Shown here: in pieces, positions 1-9,285 of the stretch
Numbering within the stretch: the first letter of the stretch is position 1
Layout: each line of letters starts with the position of its first letter
NCBI GenBank assembly: GCA_036676985.1
Contig: JAKFBU010000067.1
Span: 1-64,000, forward strand
DNA from: Candidatus Sericytochromatia bacterium
GTDB lineage: Bacteria > Cyanobacteriota > Sericytochromatia > S15B-MN24 > UBA4093
Length of the DNA stretch: 64,000 nt
Reading direction: 5' to 3'
Made by a program: the position numbers and the translations under genes
Notes under the pieces: model-generated
What the model was told of the DNA's origin: nothing
Seen by the model: only the letters and a program-made list of their open reading frames with translations
Database searches by the model: none

Positions 1-49
1 TTTCCTGGCTTGCTATACTGAGACCTCGTTGCGGCTCACACCGCGGCAC

Positions 50-122
50 GGCCAGGTAGCTCAGTTGGTAGAGCACGGCACTGAAAATGCCGGTGTCGGC
101 AGTTCGATTCTGCCCCTGGCCA
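50..122 (+). tRNA. tRNA-Phe(GAA)
   Basis: Cloverleaf GGCCAGG/CCTGGCC acceptor, D-arm GCTC-AGTTGGTA-GAGC, anticodon arm CGGCA-CTGAAAA-TGCCG, T-loop TTCGATT; CCA not encoded. Extended -10-like TGCTATACT at 11-19. Confidence 0.97.
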
Positions 123-129
123 CTTAGAG

Positions 130-160
130 AGAGCGCTTCCCTTCGGGGAGGCGCTTTTTC
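130..160 (+). terminator. Intrinsic terminator after tRNA-Phe
   Basis: GAGCGCTTCCC-TTCG-GGGAGGCGCTT stem-loop followed by a T run. Confidence 0.8.
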
Positions 161-826
161 GTTGCGCTGACTGTGGCATGGGGGAGCCGGTTCGGAGGCG
201 ACAGCGCCGCATGCCGTGCTGCCTCACGGGTATATTTTTGATCGGGAGCGGTCGTTGGTCCTGGCTGCTCTCGCCACTAGCCGGTTCGGCTGCACAGGGA
301 GTCAGGAACCGCAGGGTTATGGGCGATCGCCGCTGCTCACGGGGCTGTCCGTCACCCCATGCGGCTGGCCGAGGCCATGTCCGGAGCGGCGCAGGTGGAG
401 GTCTTGCCGGGCTGCCGCCATGTTCCGCACAAAGAGGTCGAATCTATCGTCCTCGAACACATCCGTCGTTTTCTCGCCCGAGCGGTACGCTGAACGACTG
501 GCATCGCTCCTTGTTACTGAAGAGAAGGCGGGTGCCGACACGCGACGTGATGGCTTGAAAGGCCTCCACTGAGGCTCGTGCCTCGTTATCGGCCTTCAGC
601 TCGACTGTGAGCTCAGACTCCTGTTGTTTGGACTCGTCCTGCAGGACCCTAGCCAGGGCCATGTTTGGGCAAGGTGTTCGGCTAATGGCAGCTTTATTAT
701 CCGCCAAGCCATCCCGCAACTTTCCACGGACGCGCCAGAGCGGCTGCTTCTTGAGCAATTGCGATGCGGCGTTAAGATGTCGGTCGAGACTTCGTTCGTT
801 CGAAGGTCTTGCGGGAGGGTAGCAAG

Positions 827-1393
827 ATGAGACAACGAGCCGAATGGGTCGGCCTCGGCATTCTCTTGAGTCTGGGGCTTGCCGGTTGTGGTGCGCCCAG
901 CCCAGTGGCGCCTACACCGGCGAATGCGCCGTCTACCGAGGCCGCGCTTCCCCAAGAGATCGATTTGACCAGTGGTGCCTCAACGTCGGGCACCTACGAG
1001 GTTCAACAGTACTACCGTGACATGGGCGGCGGCATGCGGGGCCCGACGCGTGGTGTGACGCCTACCTACCGAGTGCCCATCCGACGCGGCCCGGTATTCG
1101 TGGGCGGCATCCCCTATACGGCGCCGCCCATCAGCTGGCGTCCTTCCTGGCAACAAGTCCGGGAAGCCCAACTGAGGGCCCGGGCCCGGGAGGCGGCTGA
1201 CATTCAGCGCATGGCCAGATGGCAGGCGATTCAAGAAGCGGTGACAGAAATGCGGTACACGGTGGGCGACTTGCAACGACAGCTAAGTCGGACCAGTGAT
1301 CCGGCGGCTCGAAACAGCATCCTCAACCGGATCAGGTACCTGCAGATGCGCATCGGGCAAGGCATGAGGGAAATGTACTTCCCGAGCCGGTGA
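827..1393 (+). CDS. Lipoprotein, YxVQQ family paralog 1, Arg-rich C-terminus
   Basis: SD GGGAGG at 813-818, signal peptide with lipobox LAGC, clear similarity to the next two ORFs. Confidence 0.85.
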   Translation: MRQRAEWVGLGILLSLGLAGCGAPSPVAPTPANAPSTEAALPQEIDLTSGASTSGTYEVQQYYRDMGGGMRGPTRGVTPTYRVPIRRGPVFVGGIPYTAPPISWRPSWQQVREAQLRARAREAADIQRMARWQAIQEAVTEMRYTVGDLQRQLSRTSDPAARNSILNRIRYLQMRIGQGMREMYFPSR

Positions 1394-1490
1394 CCCGGCG
1401 CCACGCGGGAAGGCCATTCGAAACCGAGCCGGATCCCCCGTATCTCGATCGAGGCGTCCGCCCTTCGGAGGCCTTGTGGGAGGTGACAAG

Positions 1491-2090
1491 ATGAGACATC
1501 GAGCCGCAGTGATCGGTCTCGGCCTGCTTGTGAGCATGGGGCTTGCAGGATGTGGGGCCCCCAGCCCAGTTGCCCCGGCACCAGCGACCGCGCCGTCTAC
1601 CGAGGAAGCGCTTTCCCAAGAGGTCGAATTGACTGGGGAAGCCTCAACGTCGGACACCTACGAGGTTCAGCAGTACTACCGGGACATGGGTGGCGGCATG
1701 GTGGGCCCGACGCGCGGTGTGACGCCTACCAACCGAGATCCGATGATGCGCCGACCGGTGTACATGGGCGGCATCCCCATTTCGGGCCCGCTCGTCGGCA
1801 GGCGGCCAACTTGGCAAGAGTTGCAGGATTTCCGGATGAGGGCGCGCGTCAGGGCGGCGGCCGAGGCGGTGGTGCGAGCGTCTCGCCGAGCCGCCGAAAC
1901 GTACCGCATGGCGCGATGGCAGGCGATGGCCGAGCGGTACGCTGCGGGTCGCCAGGAGCTGCAAAGGCTTCGCTATGCGCTCGACAGGGCTCCGAACCCG
2001 GCCTTCAGGGCCCATCTTCAAAACCGCATCATGCTGCTGGAGCAGCGCCTGACCCAATATCGCCTCGAGCTGCAGTTCGGTGGGCGATGA
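1491..2090 (+). CDS. Lipoprotein, YxVQQ family paralog 2
   Basis: SD GGAGGT, lipobox LAGC, shares GAPSPVAP, TYEVQQYYRDMGGGM and RMARW with paralog 1. Confidence 0.85.
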   Translation: MRHRAAVIGLGLLVSMGLAGCGAPSPVAPAPATAPSTEEALSQEVELTGEASTSDTYEVQQYYRDMGGGMVGPTRGVTPTNRDPMMRRPVYMGGIPISGPLVGRRPTWQELQDFRMRARVRAAAEAVVRASRRAAETYRMARWQAMAERYAAGRQELQRLRYALDRAPNPAFRAHLQNRIMLLEQRLTQYRLELQFGGR

Positions 2091-2149
2091 GCGAATCCTG
2101 CGGCCATCGAGGGGGACTTCGTTCGCTCGATGGCCTAGGCGGAGGTGAG

Positions 2150-2623
2150 ATGATGAGACTGCGAGCCGATTTACTCGGCATCGGCCTACTCTTGAGCATC
2201 GGGCTCACGGGTTGCGGGGCGCCCAGTCCCGTGGCGCCCGCACCGGCTGCCGTACCGTCACAAGCGGTCGCGACGAGCCCTGAGGCGGCCCTTGCTGGGA
2301 CCTACCAGGTCCAGCAGTACCACCGGATGATGCCTCCGACCTCGGGCCTGACGCCCCCCTATCGCCCGGTCTATGGGCGTCGGCCTGTCTACTCGGGCGG
2401 CATGGGGCGAGGCGACATCTACCGAATGGCTCGGTGGATGGCCGCCCGAGACATCAGCGTGAACGCTGCGATGGAACACGCGAGGCTTGCCAATCTCCTG
2501 AGAATGCGACCGGATAGCCTCTATGTAGGTCAGTGGAGGGCCAGACAAGCGGCACTGGAGGCCCGAATGCGCCAAATGCGGCTGGAAATGTATTACGGTC
2601 CGCAGATCGGTCCCCAGTACTGA
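2150..2623 (+). CDS. Lipoprotein, YxVQQ family paralog 3
   Basis: Internal start of ORF 1550..2623 after SD GGAGG; lipobox LTGC, GAPSPVAP, TYQVQQ, RMARW. Confidence 0.85.
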   Translation: MMRLRADLLGIGLLLSIGLTGCGAPSPVAPAPAAVPSQAVATSPEAALAGTYQVQQYHRMMPPTSGLTPPYRPVYGRRPVYSGGMGRGDIYRMARWMAARDISVNAAMEHARLANLLRMRPDSLYVGQWRARQAALEARMRQMRLEMYYGPQIGPQY

Positions 2624-2633
2624 GCGGCAGCGT

Positions 2634-2864
2634 CTAGGATGGCCTGAGTCCCGGATCCGTCCAGGACTCGGGCCCTTCCGTTTCACGCCCGCGACAGGCG
2701 ACAACGACCCGTTGCCGTTGTTCATCCGACATGGAACCCCATGCCGCGATTTCGGAGAGGGTCCGAAAGCAACCCAGACACAGCGACCCGGCCGCATCTA
2801 GCCGGCAGATCTTGCGGCAAGGCGAGGGAACGCTGTTCAAGGGTCGGGCCTCCTGGGGTACCAT
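2634..2864 (-). CDS. DUF1289-like small Cys-rich protein
   Basis: SPCRKICRLD...CLGCFRTLSEIAAW pattern; start uncertain. Confidence 0.75.
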   Translation of the reverse strand: MVPQEARPLNSVPSPCRKICRLDAAGSLCLGCFRTLSEIAAWGSMSDEQRQRVVVACRGRETEGPESWTDPGLRPS

Positions 2865-2895
2865 GGGGACGTTCGGATCCATTCTAGGGGGTACC

Positions 2896-3678
2896 GTGCC
2901 CTACGTCATCGTTCCCGCCGTGGCCCTCGTCGCCGCCCTGCTCACCTTCTTCTCGGGCTTCGGCCTCGGCACGCTGCTCATGCCGGCCTTCGCCCTGTTC
3001 TTCCCGGTCCAGGTCGCGATCGCCGCCACCGCCGTCGTCCACCTTCTCAACAACCTCCTCAAGGCCGGCCTGGTCATGCGCCACGCCGATCGCGCCATCC
3101 TCGTGCGCTTCGGCGCCCCCGCGGTCCTCGCGGCGTTCGCCGGCGCATGGCTCCTGACCTGGGTCAGCGGCCTGCCCGCGATCCACACCTACGAGCTGGG
3201 GGCCCGGACCGTCGCCGTCACACCCGTCAAGCTGCTCGTCGGCCTCCTGCTCGGGACCTTCGCGATCCTGGACCTCTTGCCCTGGTTCCAAAGGCTCCAG
3301 GTGCCGCCTCGCTGGATGCCCATCGGCGGGCTGCTCTCGGGCTTCTTCGGCGGGATCTCGGGCTTCCAGGGCGCCCTGCGCTCCGCGTTCCTCGTGAAGG
3401 CCGGCCTGAGCAAGGAAGCCTTCATCGGCACCGGGGCCCTCATCGCCGTGCTCGTGGACCTGAGCCGCCTCTCCCTCTACGGGTGGGAGTTCGCCACCGG
3501 CGGCCTCGGCGGCGCTCGGGTCGGCCTCCCGCTCCTCGCCGTCACGACCGGGGCCGCCCTGGCGGGGACGCTCATGGGCAACCGGATGCTCCCGAAGGTC
3601 ACCATGGGCGCCATCCAGCGGCTCGTGGCGTTCATGCTCGTCCTGCTCGCGGTCCTGATGGCGCTGGGACTCGTCTGA
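2896..3678 (+). CDS. Sulfite exporter TauE/SafE family membrane protein
   Basis: Multi-TM protein with SGFGLGTLLMP and GGLLSGFFGGISG motifs; GTG start after AGGGGG. Confidence 0.85.
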   Translation: MPYVIVPAVALVAALLTFFSGFGLGTLLMPAFALFFPVQVAIAATAVVHLLNNLLKAGLVMRHADRAILVRFGAPAVLAAFAGAWLLTWVSGLPAIHTYELGARTVAVTPVKLLVGLLLGTFAILDLLPWFQRLQVPPRWMPIGGLLSGFFGGISGFQGALRSAFLVKAGLSKEAFIGTGALIAVLVDLSRLSLYGWEFATGGLGGARVGLPLLAVTTGAALAGTLMGNRMLPKVTMGAIQRLVAFMLVLLAVLMALGLV

Positions 3679-3785
3679 GGCCGCCGCTGGCGGGGAGGCC
3701 GGGGTTGATCCGGCGGGGTTTGGGATTAGGATAGGGCTAACCGATCCCCTGTCCCCTACTTGGGTGCTATACGGAGGCTCGCCCG

Positions 3786-6104
3786 ATGATCGAGACCACC
3801 CCCGCCATGGTGCGTTCCATCTACCAGAAGATGGAGGAGCGGCTCAAGACGGTCCGCGGGCGCCTCGGACGCCCCCTGACCCTCGCCGAGAAGATCGTCT
3901 TCGGGCACCTCGACAAGCCCGCCGAGCAGGCCATCGACCCGGGCGTCGCCTACCTGGACCTGCGCCCCGATCGCGTCATCATGCAGGACGCGACGGCCCA
4001 GATGGCCATCCTCCAGTTCATGCAGGCGTGCCTGCCGCGGGTGAAGATCCCCGCCTCGGTCCACTGCGACCACCTGATCCAGGCATACGAGGGGGCGCTC
4101 GCCGACACCGCCCGGGCCGAGGTCACCAACAAGGAGGTCTACGACTTCCTGCGCAGCGCCTGCGCCAAGTACGGCATCGGCTTCTGGGGCCCGGGCTCGG
4201 GCATCATCCACCAGGTGGTGCTCGAGAACTACGCCTTTCCGGGCGGGCTCATCATCGGGTCCGACTCCCACACGCCCAACATGGGCGGCCTGTCCATGGT
4301 CGCCATCGGAGTGGGCGGCGCCGATACCGTCGACGTCATGGCGGGCTTCCCGTGGGAGGTGCTGCAGCCCAAGCTGGTCGGCGTCAAGCTGACAGGCGAG
4401 ATGAGCGGCTGGACCTCCCCCAAGGACGTCATCCTCTACGTGGCCGGGCGCCTCACGGTCAAGGGCGGCACCAACCGGATCGTCGAGTACTTCGGGCCCG
4501 GCGCCCGGACCTTCAGCGCCACCGGCAAGGCCACCATCACCAACATGGGCGCCGAGATCGGCGCCACCTCGTCGGTCTTCCCGTACGACGCCCACAGCGA
4601 GACCTACCTGCGGGCCACCGAGCGCGGCGAGCTCGCGGACCTCGCCAACCAGTACCGGCACCTCCTGGAGGCTGACCCCGAGGTCGAACAGTTCCCCGAG
4701 CGCTTCTTCGAGGAGATCGTCGAGATCGACCTCTCCACCCTCGAGCCCCACATCGTGGGACCGCACTCTCCGGACGTGGCGCGGCCCGTCTCCCGGCTCA
4801 AGGAGGACGTCGCCCGGCACCAGTATCCCGAGAAGATCTCGGTGGCCCTGGTGGGCAGCTGCACCAACTCCAGCTACGAGGACATCGTCCGCGCCGCGGA
4901 CGTGGCCGAGCAGGCCTGCGCCCACGGGGCCCGCATGCCCATTCCCTTCATGGTGAGCCCGGGCTCGGCGCAGGTGTTCGAGACCGTCCAGCGGGACGGC
5001 TTGCTGGCGAGCCTCGAGGCGGTGGGCGCCACGGTCCTCGCCAACGCGTGCGGCCCGTGCATCGGCCAGTGGAAGCGCGACGAGGTCAAGAAGGGCGATC
5101 GCAACACCATCGTGACGTCCTTCAACCGCAACTTCCCGGGCCGCAACGACGCCAACCCGGAGACCTTCGCCTTCGTGGCGAGCCCCGAGATCACCATGGC
5201 CTACGGGCTCGCGGGGACCCTCGCCTTCAACCCCCTGGAAGACGAGCTGACGGCGCCCGACGGCACCAAGTGGCGGCTTCAGGCACCCAAGAAGGCTCCC
5301 GAGGTCCCCGCAGCGGGGTTCATCGGCCGCCGCAAGGGATACGTCGCGCCGCCCGAGAACGCCGCGGGCGTCGAGGTGCTCATCCCCTCGGGCAGCGATC
5401 GCCTCCAGGTGCTCGAGCCCTTCGAGCCCATGGTCGACGACAAGTACGCGGACATGCCCGTGCTCATCAAGACCAAGGGCAAGACCACCACGGACCACAT
5501 CTCGCCTGCTGGACCCTGGCTGCGGTTCAGGGGCCACCTGGACAAGATCTCGGACAACATGCTGACCGGCGCCATCAACGCCTGGACCGGTGAGCGGGGC
5601 CGGACGCACAACGTCTTCACCGGCGAGGAGGACATGGACGTGCCCGCCGTCGCGCGCGACTACAAGGCACGGGGCATCCCCTGGGTGATCGTCGGGGACG
5701 AGAACTACGGCGAGGGCTCGAGCCGCGAGCATGCGGCCATGAGTCCCCGCTTCCTGGGCTGCCGGGTGGTCGTCGCGCGGTCGTTCGCGCGCATCCACGA
5801 GACCAACCTCAAGAAGCAGGGCATCCTGCCGCTCACGTTCGTGAACCCCGACGACTACGAGAAGATCCGGCAAGGCGACCACATTTCCCTGGAGTATCTC
5901 AGCGAGCTGGATCCGGTGCGCACCGTCAACATGCTCGTCCACCACGCCGACGGGTCCTCGGACGTGGTCGCCACGCGGCATACCATGAACCTGGAGCAGA
6001 TCGGCTGGTTCTATGCGGGGTCCGCCCTCAACCTGCTCTCCAAGGTCACCGGCGAGTCATTACAGGCCCTGAGCGCGGGCCAGCCCAAGGGGGCCATGCC
6101 TTAG
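3786..6104 (+). CDS. acnA: Aconitate hydratase (mitochondrial-like type)
   Basis: QDATAQMA, HCDHL, DSHT, GSCTNSS, CGPCIGQW, TTDHIS and GSSREHAA motifs. Confidence 0.95.
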   Translation: MIETTPAMVRSIYQKMEERLKTVRGRLGRPLTLAEKIVFGHLDKPAEQAIDPGVAYLDLRPDRVIMQDATAQMAILQFMQACLPRVKIPASVHCDHLIQAYEGALADTARAEVTNKEVYDFLRSACAKYGIGFWGPGSGIIHQVVLENYAFPGGLIIGSDSHTPNMGGLSMVAIGVGGADTVDVMAGFPWEVLQPKLVGVKLTGEMSGWTSPKDVILYVAGRLTVKGGTNRIVEYFGPGARTFSATGKATITNMGAEIGATSSVFPYDAHSETYLRATERGELADLANQYRHLLEADPEVEQFPERFFEEIVEIDLSTLEPHIVGPHSPDVARPVSRLKEDVARHQYPEKISVALVGSCTNSSYEDIVRAADVAEQACAHGARMPIPFMVSPGSAQVFETVQRDGLLASLEAVGATVLANACGPCIGQWKRDEVKKGDRNTIVTSFNRNFPGRNDANPETFAFVASPEITMAYGLAGTLAFNPLEDELTAPDGTKWRLQAPKKAPEVPAAGFIGRRKGYVAPPENAAGVEVLIPSGSDRLQVLEPFEPMVDDKYADMPVLIKTKGKTTTDHISPAGPWLRFRGHLDKISDNMLTGAINAWTGERGRTHNVFTGEEDMDVPAVARDYKARGIPWVIVGDENYGEGSSREHAAMSPRFLGCRVVVARSFARIHETNLKKQGILPLTFVNPDDYEKIRQGDHISLEYLSELDPVRTVNMLVHHADGSSDVVATRHTMNLEQIGWFYAGSALNLLSKVTGESLQALSAGQPKGAMP

Positions 6105-6153
6105 CGGGGCCCGACGGGCCGTCCTGAGCCCACGCTTGGTGTAGAATGGCGGC

Positions 6154-7047
6154 ATGGATCGTAAGTCCCGTGCCGCCCTCCTCTCTGTCGCCTCCAACAC
6201 CGGCCTCGTCGGCCTCAAGCTCGGCGTGGGCCTCTTCACGGGCTCGGTCGGCGTCCTGTCGGAGGCCATCCACAGCGCCATCGACCTCCTGGCGGCAGGC
6301 ATGGCCTTCTTCGCCGTACGCGCCGCGAGCAAGCCCGCCGACGAGGATCACGCCTACGGGCACGGCAAGTACGAGAACCTGAGCGGCATGCTCGAGGCCG
6401 CCCTCATCTTCGTGGCGGCCGTGCTCATCGCCTTCGAGGCCGTCGACCACATCCGCCATGCGGCGCCGCCGCCTGTCGTGGACCTGGGCCTCTGGGTCAT
6501 GGCCGCGAGCTCGGGCGTCAACTTCGTCGTGTCCCGCTACCTCTTCAAGGTGGCCCGCGAGGAGGACTCGGCGGCCCTCGAGGCCGACGCCCACCACCTC
6601 TCGACCGACGTCTATACGAGCCTGGGCATCTTCGCGGGCCTCCTGCTCGTCAAGGTCACGGGCCTCGGCGTCTTCGACGCCCTGACGGCACTCGGCGTGG
6701 CCGTCCTCATCTCCCGGATCGCCTGGGACATCTTCGCCCACTCCACGGGCATCCTGCTCGACACGAGCCTGCCCACCGAGGAGCGGGCCGAAATCGAGCG
6801 CATCCTCGCCGATCACACGCCGCCCCTGATCGACTACCACGACCTGCGCACCCGCAAGTCGGGCGCCCACCGCCACGTGGACGTGCACCTGACGGTGCCC
6901 GCCGAGATCACGGCGGGCGAGGCTCATGCGATCGCCGAACAGATCGAACGCGCCATCGGTGAGGCCCTGCCCAACACCCAGGTCATCACCCATGTGGACG
7001 TGGGGGGCGTGGACGCCCTCACCGGCCGCCCCTGGCGCAGCGACTAG
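6154..7047 (+). CDS. Cation diffusion facilitator (FieF-like) transporter
   Basis: EAIHSAID, HAYGHGKYE, ADAHHLSTD motifs and C-terminal ZT-dimer-like region. Confidence 0.92.
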   Translation: MDRKSRAALLSVASNTGLVGLKLGVGLFTGSVGVLSEAIHSAIDLLAAGMAFFAVRAASKPADEDHAYGHGKYENLSGMLEAALIFVAAVLIAFEAVDHIRHAAPPPVVDLGLWVMAASSGVNFVVSRYLFKVAREEDSAALEADAHHLSTDVYTSLGIFAGLLLVKVTGLGVFDALTALGVAVLISRIAWDIFAHSTGILLDTSLPTEERAEIERILADHTPPLIDYHDLRTRKSGAHRHVDVHLTVPAEITAGEAHAIAEQIERAIGEALPNTQVITHVDVGGVDALTGRPWRSD

Positions 7048-7304
7048 CCTCCGCACACCTGCCCTCGCGTCGAGCCTCACGGCGATCCGTCCGCCCTCCT
7101 GGCGGTGGGGAGTGCGATTGTTATGCGAACGGTGGGTCTGCCTACCCTTGGGGTTGAAACACGAACGATGGATAGTTGTACGAGTGGGCTATAACCCAGG
7201 TCAGAACAAGATTTGCCGTAAACCACCGCTTGAAACCTCGCGGATTTTATAGTAAGTTCATTAACAAATGTGAACGCTCTCGCGATTTCAAGGGATGGTG
7301 CGCT

Positions 7305-8141
7305 ATGCGTCAAAATCAAACCGTTCGTCGCGTCGGCTTGCGAACCAAGCCCATGGGTGGGAGCTCCCTGCCCAGCCCCTCGATCGACATCCTCAAGCGG
7401 AGTCTCGAGGTGGCGGGCGTCAATCGCAAGACCTTCGTCAAGGAAACCGGCCTGAGCTACGAGTACGTGTCCCGGATCTTCAACAACAAGGTGAAGTTCC
7501 CGACCGTGCGCGAGACCCTCGAGCGCTTCGCCGAGGTCGCCCGCATCGACCCGATGGTCTTTCCCGAGTACCAGCAGCTCGTCAGCGTGCTTCCGGAGTC
7601 CACCCGCAAGCTCTGGAACCGCCTGCAGGAGCTGGGTCTGAGCCGTCAGGAGTTCGCCAACCAGGTGGACATCAGCCGGACCTACATGTACGAGATCCTG
7701 CGGGGCGACGTGCCCTTTCCCCGCAACCCCGAGGTGGTCGAGAAGATCGCGGCCGTGCTCGAGGTTCCGCCCGAGACCTTCGCCGAGTACCTGGCTCCTG
7801 TCCAGGACTGGGCGGAGCGCAACCCGCTCGCCATCGAGCACGTGTTCATGAACCTCCTGGTCACCAAGATGCTCATCGCGCGCGGCTACCTCAAGGCCGG
7901 CGGGTCGGCGGACAAGATCTCCGACGAGATGCTCTCCATCTTTCCTGCCGAGGAGCGCTACGAGCCCCTCGTTCGCCAGATCATGGCCGAGATGGGCAAG
8001 CGCGGCCTCGACGTGCGCCAGCTCTCCTTGACGGCCGAGGTGCCCGAGCGTGACGTGCGTCTCCTCCTCATGGGCCAGATCCAGACCGAGGATCTCCCGG
8101 AGACTACCGCCAAGCTCAAGGACATGTTCCAGATCTCCTAG
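7305..8141 (+). CDS. XRE-family regulator with three HTH-like repeats
   Basis: GVNRKTFVKETGLSYEYVSRIF, GLSRQEFANQVDISRTYMYEIL, GLDVRQLSLTAEVPERDVRLLL. Confidence 0.8.
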   Translation: MRQNQTVRRVGLRTKPMGGSSLPSPSIDILKRSLEVAGVNRKTFVKETGLSYEYVSRIFNNKVKFPTVRETLERFAEVARIDPMVFPEYQQLVSVLPESTRKLWNRLQELGLSRQEFANQVDISRTYMYEILRGDVPFPRNPEVVEKIAAVLEVPPETFAEYLAPVQDWAERNPLAIEHVFMNLLVTKMLIARGYLKAGGSADKISDEMLSIFPAEERYEPLVRQIMAEMGKRGLDVRQLSLTAEVPERDVRLLLMGQIQTEDLPETTAKLKDMFQIS

Positions 8142-8148
8142 GCTCAAC

Positions 8149-8172
8149 GGGGGCGGGATGTCCCGCCCCCTC
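8149..8172. terminator. Hairpin between convergent genes
   Basis: GGGGGCGGGA-TG-TCCCGCCCCC inverted repeat. Confidence 0.6.
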
Positions 8173-8193
8173 TTCGCCTGTACGCCGTGGGTC

Positions 8194-9030
8194 TCAGCGG
8201 GGCGCCGGCACGCGGCCGGCTCCGCCGCCGAGCAAGGGTGAGACGGCCGTCTGGAAGGACATGGCCCTCAGCTCGCTTCCGCGGAGCCCCTTGGCGACGA
8301 TGACCTGTTCCAGGTGGGCGATCCGATCCTCGACGCGCGGGTGCGTCTCCAGGGGCCCTAGCCAGGCCGGACGCTTTCCCTGCTTTCCCAGGACCTGGAG
8401 GTAGGCCTCGAGCTGCCGCGGGTCGTAGTTCGCCCGGGCTGCGAAGGTCGCGCCCAGGGCGTCCGCCTCCAGTTCGGCCTCGCGGCCGTAGCCGCGCAGG
8501 ACGATCTGGGCCCCGATCTGGCCTGCGATCTGGGCGGCCTGTGGGCTGCTACCCAAAGCGGAGATGAGCAAGCCGCGCGCGATGAGCGCCCGGCGGATCT
8601 GCTCGACGCCGTGGCGGGCCGTGACGTGTCCGATCTCGTGACCGAGCACGCCGGCGAGCTGGGCCTCGTTGGACATGGCCCGCAGGGCCCCGGTGGTGAT
8701 AAAGATGAAGCCGCCGGGCAGCGCGAACGCGTTCTGCTGCGGGGCGTCGATCACGAAGAAGCGCCACGGCAGGTCCACTCGCCCCGAGCGCTGGACCATG
8801 GTCATGCCGACCCTCTGCACGTAGGTGAGCACCTTGGGGTCGGTGTAGAGCCTGACGTCGGGGCGCGCGAGGATCTGCTGGGCCGCGGCCGCGCCCATGG
8901 CGACCTCCTGCTCCTTGCTGACGGGCAAGAGCCCCTGCAGGATGCCGAACCCGCCGACGATGAGCTGGACGCAGCCGCTCGTGCCGACGAGCGTGATAGC
9001 GAGGGCACAGGCCGTCAGAAGCTTGCGCAT
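8194..9030 (-). CDS. M48 family zinc metallopeptidase, lipoprotein
   Basis: NAFALPGG, HEIGH, ELEAD, THP motifs; lipobox TSGC. Confidence 0.92.
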   Translation of the reverse strand: MRKLLTACALAITLVGTSGCVQLIVGGFGILQGLLPVSKEQEVAMGAAAAQQILARPDVRLYTDPKVLTYVQRVGMTMVQRSGRVDLPWRFFVIDAPQQNAFALPGGFIFITTGALRAMSNEAQLAGVLGHEIGHVTARHGVEQIRRALIARGLLISALGSSPQAAQIAGQIGAQIVLRGYGREAELEADALGATFAARANYDPRQLEAYLQVLGKQGKRPAWLGPLETHPRVEDRIAHLEQVIVAKGLRGSELRAMSFQTAVSPLLGGGAGRVPAPR

Positions 9031-9285
9031 GGCATCCTCCGTGCGCCGCGAACGCGGGCCATGCTACGGCCCCGGGGGGGGCCGGGACTTCGGCCATCCT
9101 GTCCGGAGATGCGGCCTCGGGCTTGTGAGCGGGCGTCGGCCCGGAGTGCGGATGCCAGCGGGGACCGGCGGTGCGAAGGGATAAGGATGCGTTGTTGGCG
9201 GGTCATGGCTGTGCTAGGGTTGCACGCAATCGAGTGCATGGGTGCAACAACCGCGTTCAAGGGTGTGGTCGTATGGAGGTGCGGC

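Noticed and set aside
1550-2149. N-terminal extension of ORF 1550..2623
   Set aside because: Overlaps paralog 2 in another frame; SD and signal peptide point to a start at 2150.
3756-5981. Long antisense ORFs (also 19320..21197, 27757..29679, 29336..31525, 43776..46211, 59644..62202)
   Set aside because: Shadow frames of well-supported genes in high-GC DNA; no recognisable motifs.
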